Assembly (NCBI GenBank): GCA_963848425.1 | Contig: CAWKDO010000006.1 | Location: forward strand, 345,362 to 409,361 | Length of the DNA stretch: 64,000 bases | Origin: an uncultured delta proteobacterium | GTDB taxonomy: Bacteria > Desulfobacterota > Desulfuromonadia > Desulfuromonadales > JACZKF01 | Reading direction: 5' to 3' | Part shown: positions 1 to 10,425 of the stretch, piece after piece | Position numbering within the stretch: position 1 is the stretch's first letter | How the letters are laid out: every line of letters starts with the position of its first letter | Notes under the pieces: generated by a model | Told to the model about the DNA's origin: nothing | Database searches by the model: none | What the model saw: the letters and a program-made list of their open reading frames with translations, nothing else | Translations under genes and position numbers: made by a program

Positions 1-462
1 GCAAAACCAAGAAAAAGCCGCATTATATGTTTCATAATATCCTTAAAGTTATTTAATTGACCTAAAGAGCAATAACATAAATTTTTCGTAAAACAATCCC
101 ACCAGCGCAGGAAACCTGAACAAAAAGTTCCTGCATGCAAAAAAAACTCCGAAATCGAAATCAGCCTATGCGCAGGCAATATCAGCTGGCCGACAAGATG
201 GCGGCTGTCATTTGCCGGCAACGGTGCCCAAAAATTGTCGCTGCAACAGGGGGTTAGGATTAATTACGGTTTTAGTTGTCCAAAAACGAACAGGGAACGG
301 TAGCAGGATATTTTGTTGAGGGGATGAGCAGACCTTACTGGCTTTTTTTCTCCATCCACTTGCCGGCTTTTTGCATATCCTTGCCGGCACCGCGGACAGT
401 TTCACAACCGGATATACAAAAAAGAAAATGGAAGGCGAGGATAAGAAACAGCAAATGTCGCA

Positions 463-960
463 TCAGTTTTCCTTTCCGGTATTTTCTTTCTTCTTTTTTT
501 CTTCGAGGAAAAGATCGATGAGCATCAGGCCGACCCCGATGGTGATCGCTGAATCGGCGATGTTGAAGGCTGGCCAGTGATGTTGATACCAATGGAAATC
601 CAGGAAATCGATTACTTCGCCATAGCGGATGCGGTCAATCAGGTTCCCTGCCGCACCAGCGAAAATGAGGGAAAGGGAAATTTGTAGCACCCGCTGCCTA
701 TCGGCAAGCCGCCGCAGATACCACAAGATCCCCACAGTGGCGAGCAGGGTAACCGTGATAAAAAATGGGATGCGGACGGCGTTATCGGAGAGGATGCCGA
801 AGGCCGCGCCCTTGTTGCGCAAGTAAGTAATATGGAAGAAGTTTTCCAACACCGTGACCGATTCATAAAGCTGGAAACGGCTGTCAATATAAAACTTGGT
901 GAGCTGATCAAAAGGTACGATGATCGCTGTCGTGATCAGTAGCAGCAGATAACGGGACAC
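463..960 (-). CDS. lspA: Lipoprotein signal peptidase (signal peptidase II)
   Basis: 165 aa ORF with four TM segments and conserved LspA motifs (NKGAAFG, FNIADSAI). Lies immediately downstream of ileS, the classic ileS-lspA arrangement. Confidence 0.9.
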   Translation of the reverse strand: MSRYLLLLITTAIIVPFDQLTKFYIDSRFQLYESVTVLENFFHITYLRNKGAAFGILSDNAVRIPFFITVTLLATVGILWYLRRLADRQRVLQISLSLIFAGAAGNLIDRIRYGEVIDFLDFHWYQHHWPAFNIADSAITIGVGLMLIDLFLEEKKKKENTGKEN

Positions 961-1003
961 GAATTTTCCTTGTTCAATTCAGGAGAGTACGACTCTGCGT
1001 CAT

Positions 1004-3798
1004 CTAAACCAACGATTCAACGCAGCGCCGGCAAATGCAGGGATGGGCGGCGTTCTCCCCCACGGTTTCAGCGTAGGTCCAGCAGCGATCACATTTTTTC
1101 CCGGCCGCTGGTTCTACCCGCACCTTCAGGCCGGCTACCTCCTCGCCAGTGACAAAATTGACTAAACCGTCCGTCAATTTTGCCTGCGAGACGATGAAGA
1201 GCGTGGCCAGTTCGTCCCGGTAGTCCTCAAGCAATTGCCGCCACTCGCCCGCGGGCGCCTCGATCAGCACCCGGGCTTCCAGGGACTGACCGATCATCTT
1301 GTCATTGCGCGCCAACTCCAGAGCTTTGGAAACATCGGCGCGCACCGCCAGCAACTGCTCGTAGCGGGCCTCCAGCGCCGCATTCGAGTAGACTGTGTCT
1401 CGAAGCGCGGGAAGCCCGCCAGATGCACACTTTTCTCCCGCTCCCCCGGAAGATTCCACCAGATTTCGTCGGCGGTGAAAGAGAGGACCGGCGCAATCAG
1501 CCGGGTCAGGGCATCGACAATGCGGTACATGGCGGTCTGGGCGCTGCGCCGGGCCAGGCTCTTCGGGGCGCGGTGTAGAGGCGGTCCTTGAGCACATCGA
1601 GATAGAAGGCGCTGAGCTCGACGCTGCAGAAGTTGTGCACGGCATGGTAGAGGACGTGGAACTCGTACTCCTCGTAGGAGCGCTCCACCCGCTCGACCAG
1701 CCCTTCGAGCTTGCGATAGGGCCCAGCGGTCGATCTCCAGCAGATCGCCATCGGCGACCCAGTCGCTGGCCGGATCGAAGCCGTGGAGGTTGCCGAGGAT
1801 GTAGCGGGCGGTATTGCGGATGCGGCGGTAGGCATCGGCGAGCCGCTCGCAGGATCTCGTCGCTGATGCGGATGTCGTCGCGGTAGTCCTGGGCCGCCAC
1901 CCACAGGCGCAGGATCTCGGCGCCGTACTTCTTGATGACCTCTTCCGGGGCGACGACGTTGCCCTGCGACTTCGACATCTTCTTGCCCGCGCCGTCGACG
2001 ACGAAGCCGTGGGTCAGGACCGCCTTGTAGGGGGCGATGCCGCGGGTGCCGACGGCGGCCAGCAGGCTGGAATGGAACCAGCCGCGATGCTGGTCGCGAG
2101 CCTTCCAGGTAGAGATCGGCCGGGGCGTGAGAGTTGCCGCGCCGCTCGAGCACGGCGGCATGGGAGACGCCGGAATCGAACCAGACATCGAGGATGTCGC
2201 TTTCGCTTGGTGAAGCCGCCGTGGCCGCACTTGCCGCAGAGCGGTGCCGGCCGGCAGCAGTTCGCTCGACCTCCTTCTCGTACCAGAGGTCGCTGCCGCC
2301 GTTTTCGAAGAGATCGGCGACATGGTGCATGGTCTTGCCGTCGGCCAGGGCCTCGCCGCAGGCGTCGCAGTAGAAGACGGTGATCGGCACCCCCCAGCTG
2401 CGCTGGCGGCTGACGCACCAGTCGGGGCGGTTGTCGATCATGCCGTAGATGCGCTCGCGCCCCCAGCGCGGGATCCAGTCGACATCGTTGATCGCCTGCA
2501 GCGCCTGCTCGCGCAGGTCGTTGGCCTCCATGGAGATGAACCACTGCTCGGTGGCGCGGAAGATGATCGGCTTCTTGCAGCGCCAGCAGTGCGGATAGCT
2601 GTGGCGTGATCTTGCCCCTCTTGCAGCAGCGCGCCGACTTCCTGCAGCTTGTCGATGACCGCGGGTTGGCGTCGGTGATCTTCATGCCGCCGAAGAGCTC
2701 GACATCGGGGCGGTAGCGGCCGTAGTCGTCGACCGGGTTGTAGATCTCCAGCCCGTAGCGCAGGCCGGTCAGATAGTCGTCGTGGCCGTGGCCGGGGGCG
2801 GTGTGGACGCAGCCGGTGCCGGCTTCCAGGGTGACGTAGTCGCCGAGGACGATGAGAGACGGCCGGTCGTAGAAGGGGTGGCGGCACTGCTTTCCTCTCG
2901 AAGATCGGCGCCGCGAAGGTGGCGAGCGACCGTCGGACGATCGCCGATTCCCAGCTGGCGAAGACCGTCTCGCACCAGCCCTTCGGCAATCGACCAGCAC
3001 CTCGCCGCCGACTTCGACCGCGACATAGGGCAGTTCCGGGATTGAGGCGACGCCAGGTTGGCGGGGATGGTCCAGGGGGTGGTGGTCCAGATGACGAAGG
3101 AGAGCGGCTTGCCGGCCAAGCGCCTCGAGCTCCGCCGGCAGCGTGTCGGCATAGGGGAACTTGACGTAGATCGAGTGCGAGGTGTGGTCGGCGTACTCGA
3201 CCTCGGCCTCGGCCAGGGCGGTGACGCAGGAGGAGCACCAGTGCACCGGCTTCTTCCCCTTGTAGAGCCCGCCGCGCTCGGCAAAGCGCGCCAGTTCGCG
3301 GGCGGTGGCCGCCTCGTAGTCGTCGGTCATGGTCAGGTAGGGATTGCTCCCAGTCGCCGAGGACGCCGAGGCGCTCGAATTCGTGCGCGCTGGATGTCGA
3401 TCCATTCTGCTGGCGTAGGCGCGGCACTCCTTGCGGATCTCGACCTTGCTCATCGTCGCGCTTCTTCTCGCCGAGCTGCTTGTCGACCTTCAGCTCGATC
3501 GGCAGGCCGTGGCAGTCCCAGCCCGGCACGTAAGGGGCGTAAAGCCCTGCATGCGCCGGCTCTTGATGACGATATCCTTGAGGATCTTGTTCAGGGCATG
3601 GCCGATATGGATATGGCCGTTGGCGTAGGGGGGGCCGTCGTGCAGGGTGAAATTCGGCCGCTCGCGACCGGCTTGCTGACCTGGCGGTAGAGTGCCAGTT
3701 TCGTCCCAGTTCTTCAGCAGCTCCGGCTCGCGCTGGGGCAGGTTGGCGCGCATCGGGAAGTCGGTGACCGGGAGGTTGAGGGTGTCTTTATAGTCCAT
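1004..3798 (-). CDS. ileS: Isoleucine--tRNA ligase, split over at least 4 frames by apparent frameshifts
   Basis: N-terminal HIGH motif ([15 protein letters not shown]) in ORF 3490..3798 and KMSKS motif (KMSKSQGN) in ORF 1004..2323. C-terminal Zn-finger CDRCW..CxRC is present. Overlapping ORFs 1506..2531, 2014..3453 and 2438..3529 carry the middle of the protein in other frames. Total about 930 aa, consistent with IleS. Confidence 0.85.
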
Positions 3799-3960
3799 TA
3801 ACGTTCTCCGTGGCGGCGCCCGAGATGGAAAATCAAGCCTGATAAACTAGCAAAACGGTTGGACAAGTCAAGGGAAAAGGCCTTTGGCGCGTGGTGACGG
3901 TTGCGCGAAGCCCGGGCACTTTTCCAGCTGCCCGGAGAGAAAAGCAGGCCTCAGACGTCC

Positions 3961-4111
3961 TTGCGACAGCAGCGGGAAAGGAGCAGATAGCCCATGATTC
4001 CGGCGAGGGGGAAGCGGTAAAAATGCCGATTTTGGCCGCCGTGATCAGCTCCGGCTCGGCAAAAGCCAGATTGGTGATGAAGATCGACATGGTGAAACCG
4101 GCACGAGTCAT
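3961..4111 (-). pseudogene. nhaA: C-terminal remnant of a Na+/H+ antiporter NhaA gene
   Basis: Translation [30 protein letters not shown] matches the conserved C-terminal TM helix of NhaA (E. coli [32 protein letters not shown]). No upstream NhaA body: the DUF4124 gene starts 55 bp away. Confidence 0.45.
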
Positions 4112-4165
4112 CTTTTCAGGAGCATCCGTGAACTACGCTCCCGTTATTCCTCCGCCCGGATCGTT

Positions 4166-4648
4166 TCATTGCCCAATCTGTTTTTCGAGGGCTTTTTCCC
4201 GCTGTTCGGGTAGGTTGCCGACCTCCTTCGCCTGATCGATCAGGCGGGGGATATCCTCCAGCGGGATGGTTGTCAACGCGGGAACGGTGAGGCTTGCGGG
4301 CGCACCTTTCTTATTGCCGACCGGAACGACATTAACGTTCGGGTTGACCATCACCATTTCACATGGACCATCGGTATTGGGTTGGTCTGAGAGATGGACC
4401 GTCCCCTTCCCATCGCGCCATTTGTACATCCGCGCCGGCTTGACCGGCGTTTCCGGAAGATGTTCCCGCACCTTCTCCCTGGTTTTATCGAGAAGATCGC
4501 GGGCAACCTGAGTGTCAGGGAGTGCAATTCTCGGCGCCTGAAAGCGGTCAAGGGAGGGCAAGGGCTTGCCGCTTTTGCCACGGATAAAAAAGGGCAGGAC
4601 GCAGGCAGAAATCAGCAGTACGATCAACATTTTAGCAAACCAATTCAT
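4166..4648 (-). CDS. DUF4124 domain-containing secreted/membrane-anchored protein
   Basis: N-terminal hydrophobic segment. Central motif MYKWRDGKGTVHLSDQP is typical of DUF4124 (YKWxDxxGxxHYSD). Confidence 0.55.
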   Translation of the reverse strand: MNWFAKMLIVLLISACVLPFFIRGKSGKPLPSLDRFQAPRIALPDTQVARDLLDKTREKVREHLPETPVKPARMYKWRDGKGTVHLSDQPNTDGPCEMVMVNPNVNVVPVGNKKGAPASLTVPALTTIPLEDIPRLIDQAKEVGNLPEQREKALEKQIGQ

Positions 4649-4678
4649 TTTAACCTCCTCCTTGTTCAGATCACAATT

Positions 4679-5569
4679 TTAGCAGAACACACGTAGCCCC
4701 GCAGGGAAAGACTGCAATGACAAATGAAAGGTTTCAGCCCAGGGGCGCGGGTCGCAGACATTTCCTTCCAGCAGCATGGTCAACTGGGCACGGGAAATGG
4801 GAAAGGCTGGGAATGATTCGAAGAGGGCGAGCACCGGCCATACAAGAAAAACCGGCTGATGGATTTTCGGCACGGAACGGCGGCCCAGCGCCGTCCCGAC
4901 CAGATCGAGGATCTCGTCGTAGCTGTACTCGGCAGGGCCGCAGCAGTGATACATCTTCTCCACCGTTTCCGGTTGGGTCAGGGCACGGACGAAACCGGCG
5001 GCGACGTCCGCTACCGCCACTGGCGCCAGGCGATACTGCCCGTCGCCGATCACCGGCACGACCGGCAACCGGCGCACCAGCTTGGTCAGCATCGTCACAA
5101 ATTCACTGTCCGGGCCAAAGATCAGCGACGGGCGAAAGATTGTCCAGTCGAGCCCGGAGGCGCGGACCGCTTCTTCCGCCTGCCATTTCGTCCGGTGATA
5201 TTCCGATTCGGCGTTCGCCCGCGTACCGTTGGCGCTCATGTGGACAAAACGACGCACTCCCTGCGTTGCGGCAGCGGTCAACATATTGCGCGTTCCCTCG
5301 ACATGCAGGCGCCGGAAAGTAATCCCTTTCGCCGGATTTTCCCGGATGATACCGACCAGGTGGATCACCGCCTGGCAACCGCTCAGGGCGCCATCGAGGC
5401 TGGCGGGATCGGTCACATCGCCGCGGCGGATCTCGACCCCTTCATGGATAGCCACCCCACCCTCCGAGCCGGGGCGCACCAAGGCCCGCACCGTATGCCC
5501 GGCCGCAACCAGCTGACGCAGAATCTCGCTGCCGACAAACCCCGTTCCACCTGTTACGAAAACCCGCAT
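4679..5569 (-). CDS. NAD(P)-dependent epimerase/dehydratase family (NmrA/complex I 39 kDa-like) oxidoreductase
   Basis: 296 aa ORF with N-terminal Rossmann motif MRVFVTGGTGFVGSEI and SDR-extended fold signatures. Confidence 0.75.
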   Translation of the reverse strand: MRVFVTGGTGFVGSEILRQLVAAGHTVRALVRPGSEGGVAIHEGVEIRRGDVTDPASLDGALSGCQAVIHLVGIIRENPAKGITFRRLHVEGTRNMLTAAATQGVRRFVHMSANGTRANAESEYHRTKWQAEEAVRASGLDWTIFRPSLIFGPDSEFVTMLTKLVRRLPVVPVIGDGQYRLAPVAVADVAAGFVRALTQPETVEKMYHCCGPAEYSYDEILDLVGTALGRRSVPKIHQPVFLVWPVLALFESFPAFPISRAQLTMLLEGNVCDPRPWAETFHLSLQSFPAGLRVFC

Positions 5570-5648
5570 ACGCTCCTTTCCAGAACAGGTTTCAGGTATC
5601 AGGCCTCAGGTTTTCCTGAAATCCTGAACCTGTGACCTGACTCCTGCC

Positions 5649-7094
5649 TTACCCCTTGATCACCGCCATCGGCCGCAGACGGGCGACGATTCGGCCGATA
5701 CCCGCTTGCTGAACCACTTCAACCACCTCCATGACATCCTTGTAAGCGGCGGAAATTTCTTCCGTCACCGTTGCCATGCTCGAGGCGCGCACCAGGATGC
5801 CGCGGGCGGCCAGATCGGCGATGATGTTCTCGCCGCGCGCCAGCTTCTTGGCCGCGTGCCGGGAAAGGACGCGGCCGGCGCCGTGACAGGTGGAACCGTA
5901 GGTTTCGGAAAAGGCGCGCTGTGTTCCCACCAGCACATAGGAATAGCGTCCCATATCGCCGGGGATCAGCACCGGCTGGCCGATATCGCGATACGGTTCG
6001 GGAGTTTCCGGATGCCCGGGGGGAAAGGCGCGGGTCGCCCCCTTGCGATGCACGCATAATCGGCGGGGCCTGCCGTTGATCTGATGCGTTTCGTATTTGG
6101 CGATGTTGTGACAGACGTCATAGATGAGGTTCAGGCGCAGATCGGCCGGCCCCTTGCCTGTGACCTGTTCGAACGACTCACGCACCCAATGGGCGATCAG
6201 CTGCCGGTTGGCGAAGGCAAAGTTGGCGGCGCCGGCCATGGCCGAGAGATACTGTCGCCCCTCGGGACTGGTCAGCGGCGCACTGCACAGCTGCGGATCG
6301 GGAAGTTCGATGCCGTATTTGCGGCTCGCCTGCCGCATCACCCGCAGGTAATCGTCGCAGACCTGATAACCGAAGCCGCGGCTGCCGGTGTGGATCGTCA
6401 CCGTCACCTGCCCGGGAAAGAGGCCGAGAATCCGTGCCGCCGCCTCATCCTCGATCGCTTCCACCTCTTGCACTTCGACAAAATGATTCCCCGAACCGAG
6501 AGTGCCGAGCTGCGCCTCACCGCGCTCCTTCGCCCGTTCGCTGATCGCCTCCGGGTCGGCGTCGGGAATGGTGCCGCGCTCCTCGATATGCGTCAGATCG
6601 TTCTCGTTGCCGTACCCCTGGCGTACCGCCCAACTGGCACCCTGCACCAGTAATTGTTGATAATCGTGTGACCGCAGGCGCAGGTCGCGGCGGCGGGAGC
6701 CGACCCCCGAGGGTATATTGCGGAAAAGGGTATCGGCGATTTCTTTCAGCTGCGGCCGCAGCTCCGTGGCCGTCAACTCGGAACGCAGCAGGCGCACGCC
6801 GCAGTTGATGTCGTAACCGACGCCGCCGGGGGACACGACCCCATTCTCCTCAGGATCGAAAGCGGCCACGCCGCCGATCGGAAAACCGTAGCCCCAGTGG
6901 ATATCCGGCATGGCGATCGACGGCCCGACGATCCCCGGCAGGGTGGCCACATTGACAACCTGCTGCAGGGCATTCTCCTCGCGCAGCACCCCCATCATCG
7001 CTTCGCTGGCAAAGACCAGACCATCGGTGCGCATCTTTCCTTCGCGCGGGATGCGCCAGCGGGCCGGGCCGATTCTTTCCAGCTTGATAGCCAT
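5649..7094 (-). CDS. rtcB: RNA-splicing ligase RtcB
   Basis: About 480 aa with the full set of RtcB hallmark motifs (DIHWGYGFPIGG, GYDINCGVRL, GSGNHF, HTGSRGFG, CHNIA, HRKGAT, CHGAGR). Start taken at MAIKLERI. Confidence 0.9.
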   Translation of the reverse strand: MAIKLERIGPARWRIPREGKMRTDGLVFASEAMMGVLREENALQQVVNVATLPGIVGPSIAMPDIHWGYGFPIGGVAAFDPEENGVVSPGGVGYDINCGVRLLRSELTATELRPQLKEIADTLFRNIPSGVGSRRRDLRLRSHDYQQLLVQGASWAVRQGYGNENDLTHIEERGTIPDADPEAISERAKERGEAQLGTLGSGNHFVEVQEVEAIEDEAAARILGLFPGQVTVTIHTGSRGFGYQVCDDYLRVMRQASRKYGIELPDPQLCSAPLTSPEGRQYLSAMAGAANFAFANRQLIAHWVRESFEQVTGKGPADLRLNLIYDVCHNIAKYETHQINGRPRRLCVHRKGATRAFPPGHPETPEPYRDIGQPVLIPGDMGRYSYVLVGTQRAFSETYGSTCHGAGRVLSRHAAKKLARGENIIADLAARGILVRASSMATVTEEISAAYKDVMEVVEVVQQAGIGRIVARLRPMAVIKG

Positions 7095-7104
7095 TGTTCT
7101 TCTC

Positions 7105-7518
7105 CTACAGATCGACAAAGATCCGGGCGTGCCAGACTCCATCGCTCTTTTCGACCCGCAATTGATGGTAGGTGACCGCCTTGATCTCCCGTTCGACCGA
7201 ATGGCGTTCGGGATCGAACGGCTCGCCGATAACCCGGGCCCGCAACATCTCCGCAGTCACTTTCTCAATCCGGAAAGCAACGGGGAAAAAGCCCTTCATT
7301 TCTAAAAGAAAAAGGATCTCATTGAGCCATTTCACCATTAATTCGGCCGCGTCTCCCGCTTTTACCTCAACCTCCCGCTCCTCCAAAGGAGTTCCGCCGG
7401 TCATCGCCAGAATCTCCCGCAGGGCCAGCGCCGACTGGATATAAAGCTCGGCGCGGCTCTCGCCGCTCGCCTCCAGCCCCATATCGGCCGTATGTTCGAT
7501 CAGGCGGAAGCTCCCCAT
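7105..7518 (-). CDS. Archease (RtcB cofactor)
   Basis: 138 aa from MGSFRLIEHTADMGLEA, with an archease-family N-terminal motif and C-terminal VKAVTYHQLRV. Sits directly upstream of rtcB, the known RtcB-archease pairing. Confidence 0.8.
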   Translation of the reverse strand: MGSFRLIEHTADMGLEASGESRAELYIQSALALREILAMTGGTPLEEREVEVKAGDAAELMVKWLNEILFLLEMKGFFPVAFRIEKVTAEMLRARVIGEPFDPERHSVEREIKAVTYHQLRVEKSDGVWHARIFVDL

Positions 7519-7525
7519 TGCGGTT

Positions 7526-8074
7526 TCACTCGTTGCGTTCCCAGGCGACCCGGCAAAGTGAATGCTCGTCGCTCCAGACAACGTCGAGGTTCCCTTGATG
7601 CGCCTTGTGCAAAGCACGGCCTATATGCTCGGCGAGTTTCTCCTCCGTCGTTTCGATGACCAAGGCATCGCCCTCCGACCTGATGCTCATGATCCGGCCA
7701 AGCGGATTTTTCGCCATCGCGATATTTTCGGTATTGCGCAGAATATTGCGGATCTCCTCCTCGTGTCTCCAGAGGTACCCCCCTTTCAGGGTGACCACTC
7801 CCTCCGGATAGAGGTCGTTTATCTTCTGGCAGGCCGGGCAGACCACCTCATTGACCGTTTCCTGCTCGCGGATCTGTGCATATTCCTTATCTTTCAAATA
7901 CCACCGTTTGTTCCGAAAAATGGCGTGGCAAACGGTGCAGACGGTCGGCTCCGGCATCCCTTCGGCATTAATGTACGGATCGGTACTGCGCTGGGTACGG
8001 CCCCCCTGCGCGTTCGGCTCGAGTTCAAAACGGCCGGGCCCCTTCTCCAAATTCTGATCGCGTTTGGTCGGCAT
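7526..8074 (-). CDS. Hypothetical Zn-ribbon protein (CxxC...CxxC), first gene of the archease-rtcB operon
   Basis: 182 aa ORF with CTVCH ... CPACQ motif and good coding-strand codon usage. Ends 8 bp from the archease start. No family recognized. Confidence 0.5.
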   Translation of the reverse strand: MPTKRDQNLEKGPGRFELEPNAQGGRTQRSTDPYINAEGMPEPTVCTVCHAIFRNKRWYLKDKEYAQIREQETVNEVVCPACQKINDLYPEGVVTLKGGYLWRHEEEIRNILRNTENIAMAKNPLGRIMSIRSEGDALVIETTEEKLAEHIGRALHKAHQGNLDVVWSDEHSLCRVAWERNE

Positions 8075-8227
8075 CGGCTCCCCCTGAAAGGTGGTTAATC
8101 CACATCTTCAGTATAACACCGATTGCCGGGGCGCAAACCAAGAGGGCCGCCGCTGATACGCGGCAATGTGGGGGCATTTTAGATGATTGCATGCGGCGCA
8201 TTCAGGTCTTTTCAGCTGTTCGAAAAC

Positions 8228-8265
8228 AATAACGGGGCGCCTCCTTGCGGAGCCGCCCCGTTATT
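8228..8265 (-). terminator. Rho-independent terminator downstream of pckG
   Basis: GC-rich hairpin ACGGGGCG-cctccttgcggagc-CGCCCCGT followed on the minus strand by TTATTGTTTTCG. Lies 20 bp after the pckG stop. Confidence 0.5.
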
Positions 8266-8286
8266 TCCAAGTCTGATTGTAAAACT

Positions 8287-10188
8287 CTATTCGTTCCACC
8301 CTTCCGGATGAACATCGCCGATCTGCTCCCAGTGCTCCGGCGAGCGCCAGAGGCTGGAGAGGATCAGCTCGCGGATATGCAGGAACTCCTTGGGCAGCCG
8401 GTCGTACATCTTGACGAACAGTTCCTCGTGGGAGATGACCTCGTTCTTCCAGACATCGCGGTCAACGGACATCAGTTCGTTGAACTTCTCGCGGGGCATC
8501 TCCAGCCCTTCCCAGTCCATGTCCTCGTAGCGCGGCATCCAGCCCAGGGGCGATTCGACCGCGGCCGGCTTGCCCCTGAACGCGCTCGACGATCCACTTC
8601 AGCACGCGCATGTTTTCGCCGTAGCCGGGCCAGAGGAACTTGCCGTTGGCGTCCTTGCGGAACCAGTTGACGCTGAAGATGCGCGGCGGCTCGGGGTATC
8701 GTGCGGCCGAACTGCAGCCAGTGGGCGAAGTAGTCGGCCATGTGATAGCCGCAGAAGGGGAGCATGGCGAAGGGGTCGCGGCGGACATTGCCGATGGCGC
8801 CGACGGCGGCGGCAGTGGTCTCCGAGCCGAGGGTGGCGGCCAGGTAGACGCCGAAGTTCCAGTTGAAGGCCTGGAAGACCAGCGGCACGGTATCCTTGCG
8901 GCGGCCGCCGAAGATGAAGGCGCTCATCGGCACCCTTTGGGGTTCTCCCAGTCCGGGTCGATGGAGGGGCACTGGCAGGCCGGCGCGGTGAAGCGGGCGT
9001 TGGGGTGGGCGGCCGTGCGGCCGCAGCCGGGCGTCCACTCATTGCCCCTGCCAGTCGGTCAGCTTGGCCGGCGCCTCGTCGGTCATCCCTTCCCACCAGA
9101 CATCGCCGTCCGGGGTCAGGGCCACGTTGGTGAAGATGGAGTTCTTGGCGCAGGAGGCCATGGCATTGGGGTTGGTCTTGTACGTGGTGCCGGGGGCGAC
9201 GCCGAAGTAGCCGTATTCGGGGTTGATGGCATAGAGCTGGCCGTCGGGGCCCGGCTTGATCCAGGCGATGTCGTCGCCGATGGTGGTGACCTTCCAGCCC
9301 TTGTCCTGGAACGGTCTTGGGCGGAATCAGCATGGCGAAGTTGGTCTTGCCGCAGGCGCTGGGGAAGGCGGCGCCGACATAGGTTTTCTCGCCGTCGGGC
9401 GACTCGACGCCCAGGATCAGCATGTGCTCGGCCAGCCAGCCTTCGTCCTTGCCATGTTTGGAGGCGATGCGCAGCGCCAGGCACTTCTTGCCGAGCAGGG
9501 CGTTGCCGCCGTAGCCGCTGCCGAAGGACCAGATCGCGCGCTCCTCGGGGAAGTGGACGATGTATTTTTCCTTGTTGCACGGCCAGGGGACATCCTTCTG
9601 GCCCGGCTGCGAGCGGCGCGCCGACCGAGTGCAGGCAGGGGACGAACTCGCCGTCGCCGAGGACATCGAGAACCTGCCTTGCCCATGCGGGTCATGATGC
9701 GCATGTTGACCGCGACATAGGGGGAGTCGGAGATCTCGACGCCGATCTTGGCGATGGGCGAGCCGAGCGGGCCCATGCTGAAGGGGATGACGTACATGGT
9801 GCGACCCTGCATGCAGCCCTTGAACAGGTCGTTCAGCTTCTCCTTCATCTCCTTCGGGTGCATCCAGTTGTTGGTCGGGCCGGCATCCTGCTTGGAGAGG
9901 CTGCAGATGAAGGTGCGGTCTTCCACGCGGGCCACGTCGATCGGATCGGACCAGGCCAGGTAGCTGTTGGGGCGCTTCTCCTGGTTCAGCTTGCTGAAAG
10001 GTGCCGCTCTGAACCAGTTGATCGCACAGCTCGTCGTACTCCTCCTGGGAACCGTCGCACCAGTGAATGCGTTCCGGCTCGCACAGGGCCGCAACTTCCT
10101 CAACCCATTTCAGCAGTTGTTCATTTTCGGTGACTGCCCCGCAGGGGGAAGTGACCGGCTTTGCACGTTTTAACGCCTCGTAGCTCAT
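8287..10188 (-). CDS. pckG: Phosphoenolpyruvate carboxykinase (GTP), frameshifted
   Basis: N-terminus [13 protein letters not shown]... (ORF 8599..10188). The central PEPCK-GTP domain appears in ORF 9417..10103 ([33 protein letters not shown]). C-terminus in ORF 8287..8538. About 633 aa in total across three frames. Confidence 0.85.
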
Positions 10189-10236
10189 CCTAATCCTCCA
10201 TCCTTGATTGATTTCGAGAACGCCCGTAATCTCTGG

Positions 10237-10271
10237 GAGATGAACGGGAAATCTCCCAGAGATCTATTTTT
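10237..10271. promoter_or_regulatory. Perfect 13-bp inverted repeat in the pckG 5' region
   Basis: ATCTCTGGGAGAT-N9-ATCTCCCAGAGAT, located 50-85 bp upstream of the pckG start codon and followed by an AT-rich promoter-like stretch. Operator or leader hairpin. Confidence 0.4.
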
Positions 10272-10425
10272 TTAAGCAAAAAAAGAAAGGGGAGTTTTCT
10301 TAAAAAATTTTTCTGCCATTTAAAAAATTCATTATACCTAAAAATGTAAACATGCCAAGCAGAATGCAACCGCTCCGGGGCAAATTACCAAAGGATTCGA
10401 GAGAAGGGATTATAGTACAGATCCG

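Noticed and set aside
2014-3529. Overlapping 479-aa and 363-aa ORFs treated as separate genes
   Set aside because: They are alternative frames of the single ileS gene created by frameshifts. Motif content is continuous with IleS.
3891-4235. 114-aa plus-strand ORF
   Set aside because: Overlaps and is antisense to the nhaA remnant and the DUF4124 gene tail. No RBS or motifs.
8640-10133. 497-aa plus-strand ORF
   Set aside because: Antisense to pckG. Low-complexity Gly/Ala/Arg-rich translation typical of the non-coding strand of high-GC genes. No motifs.
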